64,000 nucleotides of DNA from Candidatus Aenigmatarchaeota archaeon (GCA_044343545.1 JAWBZR010000002.1:1-64000); one strand, 5' to 3'; shown: positions 39,638-51,356, numbered from the stretch's first letter. Made by a program: numbers and translations. The notes: a model not told the origin generated them from the letters alone.

Positions 39638-42600
39638 TTATATCACCCTTTTGTATTCTAGACGGGTCTAACCCGTCTTCAGCGGGAACAAATTGGATAA
39701 TTTTTTTCATCGAATCTCTTACAGTTCCATCATATTCTACCTTTAAATCTTTTAATGCACCTATCAATCTTCTTTCCAAGTAACCACTGTGTCTTGTCTT
39801 TAAAGATTTATCCATAAGACCTTCTCTGCTATTCATTGCATCGAAGAAAAATTCAAAAGGCGTTAATCCTGTTTTATAACCATGTCTAACAAAACCTTTG
39901 GATTCCAAACTTATATCATTTCTTTCAAAATGAGTGAATGTTCTCTTATAATAACCTATTCTTATTCTTTCTCCTCTCAAAGTTTCTTGACCTAAACAAG
40001 CGATGCATTGAACCATGTTAACAAGACTGCCTCTTGCTCCGCTTTTGGCCATTATATATACAGAATTTTCTTGAATGTTTTTCGCAACTAAGTTTGTGAT
40101 TTCATTAAGCGTGTCCGCTAATTTTATTTTTATCAAAGTTTCCAGGGTTTCTCTCGGCGTCTTACCGACAACTCCTTTTATGTTACCTTTTTTGAATTCC
40201 TTAATCAATTCATTGACTTCATCCTTTACTTTGTCAAGTTGATTGTTAATTTTTTCAATAATTTTTGGAGATACATCATAATCTGATATGGCTATGCTAA
40301 ATCCATACCTTGTTAAAAATTCGAGCGAAAGTTTAGTGATATTGAATAAAAACTTCTTAGCATACTCACCTCCATAAACTTTTTCTATTTCATCAAGTAT
40401 TTTGCCTTTGAAAGCACCAACACCACTTTCATCAATAAAACCTTCAAGCTCACCATTTTTTATGACAATTTTTGTATCGCCTTTAGTATATTCAAAGTTG
40501 AAATCTTTTGGCAAGAACAAGCTGAATATTTCTTGACCCGTAAATTCCTTCTTTTCCGGTACCTCTATTTCAAGATCACATGCTTTTACAAGCGATATCA
40601 CATCCTTTCTTGGTAATTTCATCTTTGTCGTCAAAATATAAAGCCCGGTTATATGATCATTTATAGCACCTATTATTACACTGCTAAACCTCGGACTTCT
40701 AAACTGTGTGGATACACGAGTGAGCAAGTTTGTTTCAACTTGAGCCTCTTTTGTTTGAGGTATGTGCAAATTCATTTCGTCTCCGTCAAAATCAGCATTA
40801 TATGGTGGAGCAACCGTTAAATTAAGTCTAAAAGTATTCCACGGCATAACTCTAACTCTATGTCCCATCATACTCATTCTATGCAAAGACGGCTGCCTGT
40901 TAAAGATGGACCAATCACCATCTTCTATTTGTTTTTCAACAATATAGCCAGGTTCCAACTCTTTTATTATATCAGCCTTATTTTGCTCGGTAACTTTTTT
41001 TCTCCTTCCATCAGGTCTATTCACATAGTTTATTGTCGGCCATTCAGGATATCTTTCTATCATTTGTTTTATTTTTTCGATGTTTCTCTCGTTAACAACA
41101 ACAGGTATTGTTAATTCTTTCGCTATTGATAGTGGAACGCCAACTTCATCTATATCCAAGAACGGGTCAGGACTTATGACAGTCCTTGCAGAATAGTTAA
41201 CTCTTTTACCTATGAGGTTACCTCTAAACCTACCTTCTTTCGTCTTCAATCTTTGTGCGAGTGTCTTTAATATTCTTCCAGATCTATGCCTTGCTGGAGG
41301 CACGCCACTAATTTCATTATTCATATAAGTTGCAACATGGTATTGCAACAATTCCCACAAATCTTGAATAATAAAGTCAGGAGCACCCAAGTCAATATTT
41401 TCTCTCAATCTCTTGTTTATTCTCACAATATCAACAAGTTTATGAGTTAGGTCATCTTCAGATCTTTCACCCGTTTCCAAGGTTATGGAAGGTCTCACCG
41501 TGACTGGTGGTATTGGTAAGATAGTGAGCACGAAAACTTCTGGTCTCACACCTTTTATGCCAAGATATTGCAATTCTGAATCAGGTATTTTTTCCAATCT
41601 TTCTCTTATTTGCACAGGCGTTAAAACATCTTCATCTTCTTGATAAGTCGTTGGTTTAATATACTTTATTTTCTTTTGTTTTTCGTTGCAATAAGGACAT
41701 GTAGATTTTACTAACGTTTTTAGCTTCTTTAATGATTTTTTCTTTTTGAGTTTTTCAGCATCTTCTGGTGTAATTAAAACCTTTCCACATTTTCTGCAAG
41801 TATATCTCAATATATTGTAAATAAGTTTTGCATAGTTTACGTGGATTACGGGCTTTGTTAACTCTAAATGACCAAAATGACCTCTACATTCACCAACCGT
41901 GCCACCACACGTTCTACATCTTAAACCAGGATCTATAACGCCTAATCTAGGATCCATTAAACCTCCTTCTATCGGGTAACCTTCTTGATCATAAAGTTCT
42001 GTTTTGCTAATCTTGGATGCGGACATCTTCCTTATCATTTCAGGTGTCAATACGCTGAATGTTATTTTATCAATTATATTGAGATCTTCGTTGATTGTAA
42101 GTTTCGGATATATAACCATACTTTTTAGCTCGTCCAATAGCAACTTGAAGGCGTAAGACATATCGACATCTATGATTTTTGAGCCTCCACACATGGGGCA
42201 GAATTTTTTGTTTTTCACCCTATCGTTTATCGCTTCTATTCCACATTCTTTGCATATTGGTATTGAAATCTTGTCAGAATCGAACCTTTCTTTAAGCAAA
42301 AGGGAGGCGCCATGCGCAATTAAGCAGTCTTTTTCCATTTCCCCTAATCTCAATCCACCCATTTTTGATTTTCCTTCTGTTGGTTGTTTCGTCAACAATG
42401 CTACAGGACCTTTAGATCTAGCGTACATTTTATTTGAAACCAGGTGGTCAAGTTTTTGATAAAATATACTTCCTATGAGTATCTTGTTCATCAATTTTTG
42501 TCCGGTTCTACCGTCGAACATAACTTCTTTACCATCATCGTCATAACCAAACTTCTTTAGCATTTCCCTTATTTGCTTTTCTTCTGGAGGATGAAATGGA

Positions 42601-43886
42601 GGGCTATATATCGGTTCGCCAGAAAGAGCGGCAACTTTAGCAGAAATAATTTCTAGAAGTTGACCAATAGTCATTCTTGATGGAATGCCGTGAGGATTAA
42701 ACACCAAGTCAGGTACTATGCCTTCTTCGGTGAATGGCAAATCTTCTTCACCTATTATCAATCCAACTACGCCTTTTTGTCCGTGTCTACTCGCAAATTT
42801 GTCTCCCACTTCGGGAATCTTTAAATCTCTTATAACTACCTTCACAAGTTTGTTACCTTCAGAACTTTCTGTGATGAATACCCTATCAACTATCGCATTT
42901 TCGGAATGTTTCAATCTTACGGAAGTTTCTCTTATGTTCTCAAGGCTTGTTGTGAATTGATCTAATCCGCCTAAAAATCTCAAAGGTGAAGTTTTTCCTA
43001 TCAAAACATCATCTTTCTTCACATTAGTTTCCGGATTAACTATGCCATCTTCTGGTAAATGTTTATAAGCATCTTCACCTGCATATCCCCTTATTCCTGG
43101 TTGCGGTATTCCTATTACATCTTCTTGTCCACCTAAATATCTCTTTTCTTCAGCTTCATAAACCCTAAACATGTATGACCAGAACAAACCTCTTTCTATT
43201 GAGGATTTGTTTAGCACAATGGCATCTTCCATGTTGTATCCTAAAAACGACATGACAGCAATGGTAACGTTACATCCACCAGGATGCTCTTTATCGTTGA
43301 TAATTTCGTTCATATGTGTCTTTACCAGCGGAACTTGAGGGTAAATCATTATGTTTGATTTCGTGTCAACTCTTAGAGGATAGTTTGAAGCATATATTCC
43401 TATGGATTGTCCTATCATCTTACCTCCGAAATTAACCCTATCACCTCTGTTAAATTCTGCAAAAGGAACAAGAGAAGTTGCTATGCCAAATATGATAGTG
43501 GGATCTAGCTCCAAATGCGTGTGTTTGGGTGTAAGATCTTTTGGTGTTAACGCAACAAGAGCATTTTCTTCTTCTGTCGCATCCAAGTATTCTATAACAC
43601 CTTGTTTTATTAGGTCACTCCACTTAATTTTTCCTGCTTCCAAGGCTTTTATATGCTCTTCCGTTAATTTAGGTTTTCCCTTTTCTACAACTATTAATGG
43701 CCTTCTCGCCCTTCCAGGTTCAGTAGAAATCATGACTATATCAAAATGATCCAAGTAAGAGACGTTAAGCTGATTCGAAAGCAAACCTTTCCTTCTCTTT
43801 TCTCTCAACATTTCTACAAATTTTTTTGCATCCTTTACCTTACCGACATATTTTCCGTCCAAAAACACATCAACCATTTTTCTCAA
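39603..43886 (-). CDS. Fused RNA polymerase subunit B' (about aa 1-600) + subunit A' (about aa 600-1427)
   Basis: B motifs [38 protein letters not shown], followed in frame by A motifs [24 protein letters not shown]-x-[29 protein letters not shown]. Confidence 0.95.
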   Translation of the reverse strand: MRKMVDVFLDGKYVGKVKDAKKFVEMLREKRRKGLLSNQLNVSYLDHFDIVMISTEPGRARRPLIVVEKGKPKLTEEHIKALEAGKIKWSDLIKQGVIEYLDATEEENALVALTPKDLTPKHTHLELDPTIIFGIATSLVPFAEFNRGDRVNFGGKMIGQSIGIYASNYPLRVDTKSNIMIYPQVPLVKTHMNEIINDKEHPGGCNVTIAVMSFLGYNMEDAIVLNKSSIERGLFWSYMFRVYEAEEKRYLGGQEDVIGIPQPGIRGYAGEDAYKHLPEDGIVNPETNVKKDDVLIGKTSPLRFLGGLDQFTTSLENIRETSVRLKHSENAIVDRVFITESSEGNKLVKVVIRDLKIPEVGDKFASRHGQKGVVGLIIGEEDLPFTEEGIVPDLVFNPHGIPSRMTIGQLLEIISAKVAALSGEPIYSPPFHPPEEKQIREMLKKFGYDDDGKEVMFDGRTGQKLMNKILIGSIFYQKLDHLVSNKMYARSKGPVALLTKQPTEGKSKMGGLRLGEMEKDCLIAHGASLLLKERFDSDKISIPICKECGIEAINDRVKNKKFCPMCGGSKIIDVDMSYAFKLLLDELKSMVIYPKLTINEDLNIIDKITFSVLTPEMIRKMSASKISKTELYDQEGYPIEGGLMDPRLGVIDPGLRCRTCGGTVGECRGHFGHLELTKPVIHVNYAKLIYNILRYTCRKCGKVLITPEDAEKLKKKKSLKKLKTLVKSTCPYCNEKQKKIKYIKPTTYQEDEDVLTPVQIRERLEKIPDSELQYLGIKGVRPEVFVLTILPIPPVTVRPSITLETGERSEDDLTHKLVDIVRINKRLRENIDLGAPDFIIQDLWELLQYHVATYMNNEISGVPPARHRSGRILKTLAQRLKTKEGRFRGNLIGKRVNYSARTVISPDPFLDIDEVGVPLSIAKELTIPVVVNERNIEKIKQMIERYPEWPTINYVNRPDGRRKKVTEQNKADIIKELEPGYIVEKQIEDGDWSIFNRQPSLHRMSMMGHRVRVMPWNTFRLNLTVAPPYNADFDGDEMNLHIPQTKEAQVETNLLTRVSTQFRSPRFSSVIIGAINDHITGLYILTTKMKLPRKDVISLVKACDLEIEVPEKKEFTGQEIFSLFLPKDFNFEYTKGDTKIVIKNGELEGFIDESGVGAFKGKILDEIEKVYGGEYAKKFLFNITKLSLEFLTRYGFSIAISDYDVSPKIIEKINNQLDKVKDEVNELIKEFKKGNIKGVVGKTPRETLETLIKIKLADTLNEITNLVAKNIQENSVYIMAKSGARGSLVNMVQCIACLGQETLRGERIRIGYYKRTFTHFERNDISLESKGFVRHGYKTGLTPFEFFFDAMNSREGLMDKSLKTRHSGYLERRLIGALKDLKVEYDGTVRDSMKKIIQFVPAEDGLDPSRIQKGDINVEKIARRLFG

Positions 43887-45384
43887 CCTCTTTCAACACA
43901 GTATCCTCTATTATTTTGAACTCTTTTTCAGTCACTCCAGAAGTAACTTGGGTCATTATCGCTAGATACTTTCTCAACCCAATCGTTGCACCTTCTGGTG
44001 TTTGTGACGGGTCAATCTTGCCCCATTGTGTTGGATGCAAAATTCTTGCTTCGAAATGTTCTTGAGTGGATGTAAGGGGTGACAATACATTTCTCATGTG
44101 TGAAAGTGTCTTTACAAAACTACCTCTTTCCAACCTTTGTGACACGCCAGTCCTACCACCAACCCAAGAGCCTATTGCTATCGCTGAATTTACTTGGTTC
44201 GTTAAAACACTCGATTCGACGATGGATTGCAAGGGCGGAAACCTCCCTCTTTTAGTAAGTTTTTGATAATTGTATGTTATTCTCGTTATAAGACCCCATT
44301 TACCAAGGAGTATCGACCTAAACAATATTTCCAGCAGATCTCCGGACAATCTCAATCTTTTGTTAGAATAATGATCCAAATCATCTTTTGGTGTTTTTTT
44401 GAGATGATATTTTATAATCCTTTCACACGCTTTTATCAAGTAGAAAGCTTTTGTTAAACGATCCTTTTTTTCTTGACCTAAATGAGGAAGCAAATATTTG
44501 TCTAGTAACTTGTTGACCCTATCTTGTCTATATTCTTTTTGAACAATTTTCAAGAAATCAGCAATCTCTTCCATAGCCTCCTTGCTTGTAGCTGCTTGTG
44601 TCTCAAACAAGTTTGGATAAAACTCTTGCTGAACTTCAGGATCTTCGGATAAGCTCATAATTATGTCTCTATCCGTTTCTAAACCCAAAGCACGAATTAA
44701 TATTATTATCGGCATTTTGTTAACATTCGCAAAACTTATTCTTATTATGCCGTCACCTTTCCTTTCTATTATGTGTCTTTGTATATATCCATCTTTTTCA
44801 GAATGAATTCTTGCCGTTTCCGTCACGTTGGGCGTGGATGACTTTTCTACTATTATTTTGTTTGGTGCTATTTCTTCTATTAACACAAGCACTCTTTCCG
44901 TTCCGTTTATGATAAAATAACCGCCAGGGTCATCAGGGTCTTCGCCTGCCTTTATCAATTCGTCTCTATCCATTTTGGATAAAGGACAAATTTTTGATTT
45001 TAACATGATGGGAAGATCACCAAAGTTAACCATTACCGGTTCGCTTTCTATGTCGTTTAGGGTTGGTGTCATTTCAAGATACATTGGCGCAGAATACGTG
45101 AGGTTTCTTATCCTCGCTTCCAATGGCAATATAGGTCTTTCCGAGCCATCAGCTTCTTTTATCCAAGGGCCCCATCTATCATTTCCCAAAGGCTTGCCTA
45201 TCTTAAATTTTCCTAATTTTATTCTAAAATCTCCCAAGTCAGGAACTTCTGGTCTTATTTCTTTTATTTGTTTTATTATTGCAGGAATCCTGTTTTCAAT
45301 GAAATCATTGTATGAATCTATTTGAAATTTAACCAAACCTTCTTCCTTGACGAATGATTTTAACATCGTCATATATTCTTTCAT
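43870..45384 (-). CDS. rpoB2: RNA polymerase subunit B''
   Basis: QIDSYNDF, EARIRNLTY, DPGGYFIINGTERV, DHYSNKRL, RTGVSQRL, TPEG-x2-IGL. Confidence 0.97.
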   Translation of the reverse strand: MKEYMTMLKSFVKEEGLVKFQIDSYNDFIENRIPAIIKQIKEIRPEVPDLGDFRIKLGKFKIGKPLGNDRWGPWIKEADGSERPILPLEARIRNLTYSAPMYLEMTPTLNDIESEPVMVNFGDLPIMLKSKICPLSKMDRDELIKAGEDPDDPGGYFIINGTERVLVLIEEIAPNKIIVEKSSTPNVTETARIHSEKDGYIQRHIIERKGDGIIRISFANVNKMPIIILIRALGLETDRDIIMSLSEDPEVQQEFYPNLFETQAATSKEAMEEIADFLKIVQKEYRQDRVNKLLDKYLLPHLGQEKKDRLTKAFYLIKACERIIKYHLKKTPKDDLDHYSNKRLRLSGDLLEILFRSILLGKWGLITRITYNYQKLTKRGRFPPLQSIVESSVLTNQVNSAIAIGSWVGGRTGVSQRLERGSFVKTLSHMRNVLSPLTSTQEHFEARILHPTQWGKIDPSQTPEGATIGLRKYLAIMTQVTSGVTEKEFKIIEDTVLKEVEKNG

Positions 45385-45386
45385 TC

Positions 45387-45641
45387 CTATTCCTCCACAA
45401 CGATTCTATAATACACAACTTCTTTTGCAATGCTACTCTTTCTTATTATTTTTATTAAATCTCCGGGTTTCGCTCCTAGCGCCTTCACGACAGGGTCAGT
45501 TGATTTTATTTGGGGAAGTTGATTCAATTTTGTTATCTTATATTTTTCCAAGATTTTTTGCTTTTCTTCTTCAGAAACAATGTAATGTTTTGGCACCAAT
45601 TCATGCTCTAAGATGTTAATATTGGTTTCTTCTTTCAACAC
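45387..45641 (-). CDS. rpoH: RNA polymerase subunit H
   Basis: HELVPKH, QLPQI-x3-[18 protein letters not shown]. Confidence 0.96.
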   Translation of the reverse strand: MLKEETNINILEHELVPKHYIVSEEEKQKILEKYKITKLNQLPQIKSTDPVVKALGAKPGDLIKIIRKSSIAKEVVYYRIVVEE

Positions 45642-45652
45642 ATCACCCTTTA

Positions 45653-45756
45653 CGCTCTGGCCGGGATTTGAACCCGGGTCACGGGAGTTCTGCTTATTAT
45701 TGACAGTCCCGTATGATTAGCCTCAAGGATGATTGGGCCAGCTACACTACCAGAGC
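45653..45756 (-). tRNA. tRNA-Asp(GTC) with two introns (45717-45733 in the D-loop; 45688-45700 at 37/38)
   Basis: Removing 17 nt and 13 nt leaves a 74-nt cloverleaf GCTCTGG...GGCCCATCATACGGGACTGTCACTCCCG...CCAGAGCG; both junctions fold as bulge-helix-bulge-like motifs. Confidence 0.9.
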
Positions 45757-45854
45757 AATTAAGATTTTTTTTATTAAAAGAATTTATAAAAATTTTTGCT
45801 GGGTTGGCAGTATAGCTATTTTTGATCAATAACACATCACCGTGAGTGAATGAT

Positions 45855-45970
<116 letters not shown>

Positions 45971-46054
45971 TTACTATTTTATACCAACAAATATTTAAAA
46001 ATATAATTTTCGTCTACTCGATAAAAAATTAAAAATTTTCGGCATTTTAAACAT

Positions 46055-46318
46055 ATGATTCCTGTAGTTGCGTGGGATATAGAGAGAACATTGATAACAA
46101 CAAGCTATGAAAATGATTTTGCTGCTTTTTTAGCTCTTTTTTTAGGAAACGTAATTACGTTCAAGATAACCAATTTATGTAGATTAAATAGGCCTTACAA
46201 AACTTCACCTATACATATGTGTGATAAAGAGGGTGACGAAGCGGTAAGTTACGTAGGAGTTTCAGCAATCATAGTTGGAAATAAAGAAAATTTTATGGCA
46301 CAAATATTCAAGTGTTGA
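46055..46318 (+). CDS. Hypothetical protein
   Basis: 87-aa ATG ORF between 5S rRNA and tRNA-Tyr; no motif. Confidence 0.4.
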   Translation: MIPVVAWDIERTLITTSYENDFAAFLALFLGNVITFKITNLCRLNRPYKTSPIHMCDKEGDEAVSYVGVSAIIVGNKENFMAQIFKC

Positions 46319-46355
46319 TAATTTTTGTGATGGTAGAGTTATAGGGGTTTTATAA

Positions 46356-46470
46356 TCCCCCCGGCCGGATTTGAACCAGCAACCCTTCGGTTTCTGACGA
46401 GCATACGCCGGTGACGAATGCTTTTAGCAAACGTCTACAGCCGAATGCTCTACCGTTGAGCTACGGGGGG
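46356..46470 (-). tRNA. tRNA-Tyr(GTA) with a 43-nt intron at 37/38 (46392-46434)
   Basis: C1:G72 stem CCCCCCG/CGGGGGG, A73; TTCGG-CT-GTA-G[intron]A-CCGAA. Confidence 0.93.
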
Positions 46471-46521
46471 TCATAATTACAATAATCAATTTAATTAAAA
46501 TATTTTAACCATATAATTTTT

Positions 46522-47919
46522 CTATTTCACTCTTTTGGAGAAGGTGACGATTTTTTCAGCAATCTTGTTTATGACACTCTTCCCTGATTTATAACTAAAG
46601 TAAGCTTTTGGCAACCTTACCTTTCCATCAATATTCATCGTTGGCTTTATTCTGTACGACAAAACTCTATCTTCTTTCGGTTTAAGTTTGTCTATTCTCC
46701 ATATTAAATTTGTACCCTTTGGCGTGACTTTGATTTCAGGTTTCAACGTGTCGAATTCTTTGACAACGATGAATACAGGAGGAACAATATCTTTAACAAC
46801 AACGTTGTCTATTTCTCTTAAAGAATTATTTTTTATGTGCAGTGTCACGAGATTTTCTTTTTCCAAATCTAATTTTTCAGAATATTTTTTCATCAATGTT
46901 GGTTTGTGTAAGAGGGAAAGAATAAATGTCATGAAAAGTAGGAACAAAAATATAACAAAAGCAGCGCTACCAAATCTCAAAGAATATTGTAAGTTTACAG
47001 ATTGATTGGGCTTGACATCACTAAAACTCCACGTATAAGTTATTCTATTTTCTTTTTCTTCGCTTTTTTCTGGCTCAATTTCAGGATAAAAAAAGTATTT
47101 GGAAAATTTCGGCATGGTTTCCGTGATAATTATATTTTGAGGATAATTTCCCTTGTTCGTTACATTTATTGTGAATGTCACTTCCAACAAAGTTTTATGT
47201 ATCTTTTTTTCTTTTTCTATCTCGCTATATTTTTTTATCGTGAAAAAACTTGATTTAGAATGAATAGGATTTCCAAATTCATCATACATAAAAACTTGAA
47301 CTTTGTATAAGCCAGGTTCATATGTATTTTTTATTTCAAACGGTATCGACAAGGTTTTTGTTGTCAAAGGTTGCAGAATCAACTCTTCATCCAAAACCGC
47401 TATTTGCTCTTCATCCTTTAATATTTTAGTTTTAACCATCACGTGTTTGCCCTGCGTTTTGTCCAAGTTAACTAACATTGGTTTTATGATTAGTGTTTCT
47501 TTCGGCGAAAAAACATCTTGATTTAACGTCAAGTCAGAAAAATACGTTCCCGTTCTTCTTCTTATATTCAATATTATGTCCAAGCTTGCTATTTTGGTTG
47601 TTTGTGTTGATTTTGCTTTGATACTAAAAACTACATTTCCCACATCTGCATCTATCGGCGGCTCTATGACAAATTTTATAATTTCTTCTTCGTTCGGATC
47701 TAAACTTACAAAATATTTTTCTAAACTTATCCAGCTACTGGGCCAAATTCCTATGTAAAAAGTATCTCTTTGTCCATCATCGTTGATTATTTTGAACTTG
47801 ACTGTTGTTTTTTCTAAAGTATAAACAGTTTCTGGATAATCCACCATTTCTATTCTTAATGACGATGCAAAGGGGAATAGTAAAAGCAAAAAAACAAGGA
47901 CGAATTTCACCAGTTTCAT
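46522..47919 (-). CDS. Secreted, membrane-anchored multi-Ig-like surface protein
   Basis: Signal peptide; repeated N-x-G...ITETMP / VVVKDIVP...W-x5-P...LSY beta-sandwich units; internal TM. Confidence 0.75.
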   Translation of the reverse strand: MKLVKFVLVFLLLLFPFASSLRIEMVDYPETVYTLEKTTVKFKIINDDGQRDTFYIGIWPSSWISLEKYFVSLDPNEEEIIKFVIEPPIDADVGNVVFSIKAKSTQTTKIASLDIILNIRRRTGTYFSDLTLNQDVFSPKETLIIKPMLVNLDKTQGKHVMVKTKILKDEEQIAVLDEELILQPLTTKTLSIPFEIKNTYEPGLYKVQVFMYDEFGNPIHSKSSFFTIKKYSEIEKEKKIHKTLLEVTFTINVTNKGNYPQNIIITETMPKFSKYFFYPEIEPEKSEEKENRITYTWSFSDVKPNQSVNLQYSLRFGSAAFVIFLFLLFMTFILSLLHKPTLMKKYSEKLDLEKENLVTLHIKNNSLREIDNVVVKDIVPPVFIVVKEFDTLKPEIKVTPKGTNLIWRIDKLKPKEDRVLSYRIKPTMNIDGKVRLPKAYFSYKSGKSVINKIAEKIVTFSKRVK

Positions 47920-47963
47920 AATTATTAATTATTTTTTTTTTATTTTAATATTAAGTTTTTTCG

Positions 47964-48692
47964 TCATTGTTGCTGCTTTTTACCTAAATTTCTCATCCAA
48001 TTGTAAAACTTTACGAATATGCTTTCTTTCCCTTCCTTTTTATCTTCCTTTTTCTCTTCCCTTACCTTTTCTTGAATTTTCACATCTTTCAAACTTTCAA
48101 AAACACTCTTTTTTATCACAAATCTATCCTTTCCTGTTTCCTTGAAAAACCACGGTAATTCTCTTCCATATTCTTCCGACCAGCTTATATTTTCGAATGG
48201 TATAACGTCAGTTTTGTAATATTGTTCGTATGGTAAAGGAAAACCTATAGCCAAAACACCGACTGGCCTTAATTTGTCGGGTATTTTTAGAATTCTTTTT
48301 ATTGCTTCTTCCTCGAAAGCATGAACCCATGATGCACCCAATCCTAACGAATGTGCGGCTAAAAGCATGTTTTGAATAGCAGCGCCAGTATCTTGTATTG
48401 CATATAAATTTCTTCCTCTTTCACCAAATTTCAATGAAACTTTTTCCAAGTTTGCACAAACGATTATTAATAGTGGAGCCTCTTCTACGTGTCTTTGACC
48501 CAAACAGGCGATAGAAATTTCTGACTTGGCTTTCTTGTCTTTAACAACTATAAATTCCCAAGGTTGTATATCGCCTGCAGAAGCAGCCAATGTGCCCGCG
48601 TGAAGTATCTGTGCTATTAATTCTTCAGGAACATCTCTCTTGTCATAAACTTTTACATTTACTCGTGTTTCCATCGCTTCGAAAACATCCAT
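47964..48692 (-). CDS. Nitroreductase family protein
   Basis: MDVFEAMETR, ASAGDIQPWEFIVV, QDTGAAIQNMLLAAHSLGLGASW. Confidence 0.93.
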   Translation of the reverse strand: MDVFEAMETRVNVKVYDKRDVPEELIAQILHAGTLAASAGDIQPWEFIVVKDKKAKSEISIACLGQRHVEEAPLLIIVCANLEKVSLKFGERGRNLYAIQDTGAAIQNMLLAAHSLGLGASWVHAFEEEAIKRILKIPDKLRPVGVLAIGFPLPYEQYYKTDVIPFENISWSEEYGRELPWFFKETGKDRFVIKKSVFESLKDVKIQEKVREEKKEDKKEGKESIFVKFYNWMRNLGKKQQQ

Positions 48693-48749
48693 TATTAAAT
48701 CATTGGTTAACGTGAATAATAAATTTTTACATTGAGGATATTATTTTTG

Positions 48750-50456
48750 ATGAAATATTCTGAAATAGTAAAAACCTATGATTTGTTGGAGAAAACATCT
48801 TCAAAGATTTCAAAAACAGAAATTTTGACAGAGCTTTTAAAGAATACACCATCAAGAGAAATGGAGATGGTAGTTTTATTGATTCAAGGTATGGTTTTCC
48901 CAAAATATACAGGATATGATTTGGGCGTAGCGCAGCAATTGATGATAAAGGCTATCTCGAGGGCAACGGGTTTTAGTGTGGAAGACGTAGAAAAGATGTT
49001 TAAAGAAAAAGGAGATTTGGGTGTTACTGCAGAAAATTGTGTGAGAGAAAAAAAGCAAGTTTCGCTTTTGAAAAAAGAGCTAGACGTGGAGACAGTTTTC
49101 AAAAATTTACAAAAATTGGCATTTTTAACAGGAGAGGGTGCTCAGGAAAAAAAACTCAATTTAATTGCAGAGTTGCTTTCATTCGCAAAACCAGAAGAAG
49201 CAAAATACATAGTGAGAACAATATTGGGAGATTTAAGGGTGGGCGTGGCTGAAGGAATAATAAGAGATACCATTGCCAAAGCCTTTTTGCCTGAGGGAGA
49301 CGAAAGTTTACAAGCTTTGGAGCGTGCCATAAATATCTATCCTAACTTCGGCGAGGTTGCTTTGATAGCAAAAGAAAAAGGTTTGAGTGGTTTGAAAGAA
49401 ATAAAAGTAAAAATAGGACAACCAATTCAAGTGATGCTTGGTGAAAAAGCTGAAAGTATAAAGGATGTTGTCGAAGAATTCGGCAAAGTAGCAGCTGAAT
49501 ACAAGTACGATGGCATGAGAGCACAAATACACAAAGATGAAAACAATATATGGATATTCACGAGAAGACTTGAAGACGTCACAAAGCAATTTCCGGATTT
49601 GGTTGAATTGTGCAGAAAGCATTTGAAAGCAAAAAGATGTATAGTCGAAGGAGAAGTCGTCGCTGTGGATAAGAATAAATCACCTTTGCCATTTCAAGTG
49701 CTATCACAAAGGATTCAAAGAAAATATGAAATAGAAAAAATGGTAAAAGAGATTCCCATTCAAATAAACTTGTTCGATGTTGTTTTTGTTGATGGTGTCT
49801 CATTGTTCGAAAGTAGCTTGGTTGAAAGAAGAAAAGTGCTTGAAGAAATCGTGGAAGAAAAAAAGGATGAGTTTATGTTGGCAAAGCAAATAGTTACAGA
49901 TGACGTAAATTTGCTGGAAAAATTTTATAAAGAAGCTTTAGATGCAAAACAAGAAGGAATATTTTTGAAGGTTTTGACTTCGAAATATGTTTTTGGAAGA
50001 CATGTTGGTGGATGGTATAAAATAAAGCCAACGCTTGAAACTTTGGACTTGGTAATAACAGGAGCAACGTGGGGTACTGGCAAGAGGGCTGGTTGGTTAG
50101 GTTCTTTCATATTGGCTTGCAGGGATGAAAAGACAGGTAAATTCTTAGAGTGCGGAATGCTCGGTACTGGAGTGAAAGAAAAAAAATCTACTGAAACTGA
50201 TATAACATTTGAAGAATTGACAAATTTACTAAAACCTTTAATAATTTCTGAAGAAGGAAATAGCGTGAGATTCAAACCGAAAGTTGTAATATCTGTGGAT
50301 TATCAAGAAATTCAAATATCACCAAATTATGAGTCGGGTTTTGCTTTGAGATTTCCGCGATTTGTTGCTTTGCGCGTAGATAAAGGACCTGAAGATGCTG
50401 ATACTGTTGAAAGAATAAAATATCTTTACGAGCTACAAAAAAAGACTAAAAAATAG
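48750..50456 (+). CDS. lig: ATP-dependent DNA ligase
   Basis: EYKYDGMRAQIH, EGE, LFD, EGIFLK, WYKIK, ALRFPRF; start set at ATG 48750. Confidence 0.97.
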   Translation: MKYSEIVKTYDLLEKTSSKISKTEILTELLKNTPSREMEMVVLLIQGMVFPKYTGYDLGVAQQLMIKAISRATGFSVEDVEKMFKEKGDLGVTAENCVREKKQVSLLKKELDVETVFKNLQKLAFLTGEGAQEKKLNLIAELLSFAKPEEAKYIVRTILGDLRVGVAEGIIRDTIAKAFLPEGDESLQALERAINIYPNFGEVALIAKEKGLSGLKEIKVKIGQPIQVMLGEKAESIKDVVEEFGKVAAEYKYDGMRAQIHKDENNIWIFTRRLEDVTKQFPDLVELCRKHLKAKRCIVEGEVVAVDKNKSPLPFQVLSQRIQRKYEIEKMVKEIPIQINLFDVVFVDGVSLFESSLVERRKVLEEIVEEKKDEFMLAKQIVTDDVNLLEKFYKEALDAKQEGIFLKVLTSKYVFGRHVGGWYKIKPTLETLDLVITGATWGTGKRAGWLGSFILACRDEKTGKFLECGMLGTGVKEKKSTETDITFEELTNLLKPLIISEEGNSVRFKPKVVISVDYQEIQISPNYESGFALRFPRFVALRVDKGPEDADTVERIKYLYELQKKTKK

Positions 50457-50537
50457 AAACAAAATTTATCTCGAATTTTTAAGAAAATATTAATTTTTAA
50501 ATATTCATAGTTGTAACTATTAAAAGAAGGGATTTTA

Positions 50538-51356
50538 ATGTTAGGGTCACCACAGCTTATGGATACCTTAAAGGGTATAGGTTTAAATTTATATGAAAGA
50601 AAGTTGTGGGTTGCCTTGCTCGCAAAAGGAGTGGCCACGGCGGGAGAATTGTCGGCAATGACAAATGTTCCAAGATCAAGAACATACGATGTTCTTCAAA
50701 CGCTTGCAGAAAAAGGTTTTGTTGTTGTGCAAAGCTCCAAGCCATTAAAATATGTCGCGATTCCTCCTCTTGAAGCATTGGAAAGGGTAAAAAATAAGAT
50801 GAAGATGGACTATGAAGCAAAAATAGAAAGGATAGAAAGATTGAAAAATTCTCCCTTGCTGGAAGAATTAGAAAACATACACAAGCAAGGGTTGGAATTA
50901 ATTTCGCCTGAGGATATAAGCGGATCTTTAAAAGGCAAATATACTGTATTGCAACAGATAGATAGCATGTTCAAGTCAGCATCTCGCTCCATACATATAG
51001 TAACAACTCCTGCGGGCTTGAACGAGCTTTACGAAAATCATTATAACATGCTAAAAAATCTAAAACAAAAGGGTGTCGAAATCAAGGTTGCTGCGAGAAT
51101 TGATGATACATGTAAGGAAGCTTTAACTGCTTTGTCAAGCATTGCTGAAATAAGGAAAATTGTAGACGAGAAATTACCGATTTTTGGCAAGTTTTACATT
51201 GTCGACAATCAACAAACAATGATGAGCTTAACTCATCCTGATTCGGCTGATATTCATCACATGATGTTTTGGACGAAGTCAGAGCACACATCAAGAGATA
51301 TTCTAACACCCATTTTCAATTTGGTTTGGGAACATTCAGTTCCAATAAAAAGTTAA
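50538..51356 (+). CDS. TrmB-family transcriptional regulator
   Basis: GLNLYE, TAGELS-x3-NVPRSRTYDVLQTLAEKGFV, PLKY-x-AIPP; PLD-like C-domain. Confidence 0.93.
   Translation: MLGSPQLMDTLKGIGLNLYERKLWVALLAKGVATAGELSAMTNVPRSRTYDVLQTLAEKGFVVVQSSKPLKYVAIPPLEALERVKNKMKMDYEAKIERIERLKNSPLLEELENIHKQGLELISPEDISGSLKGKYTVLQQIDSMFKSASRSIHIVTTPAGLNELYENHYNMLKNLKQKGVEIKVAARIDDTCKEALTALSSIAEIRKIVDEKLPIFGKFYIVDNQQTMMSLTHPDSADIHHMMFWTKSEHTSRDILTPIFNLVWEHSVPIKS

Noticed and set aside
39603..43886. Intein as the cause of the long RNAP ORF
   Set aside because: The length is explained by B' plus A'; no intein splice or LAGLIDADG motifs were seen.
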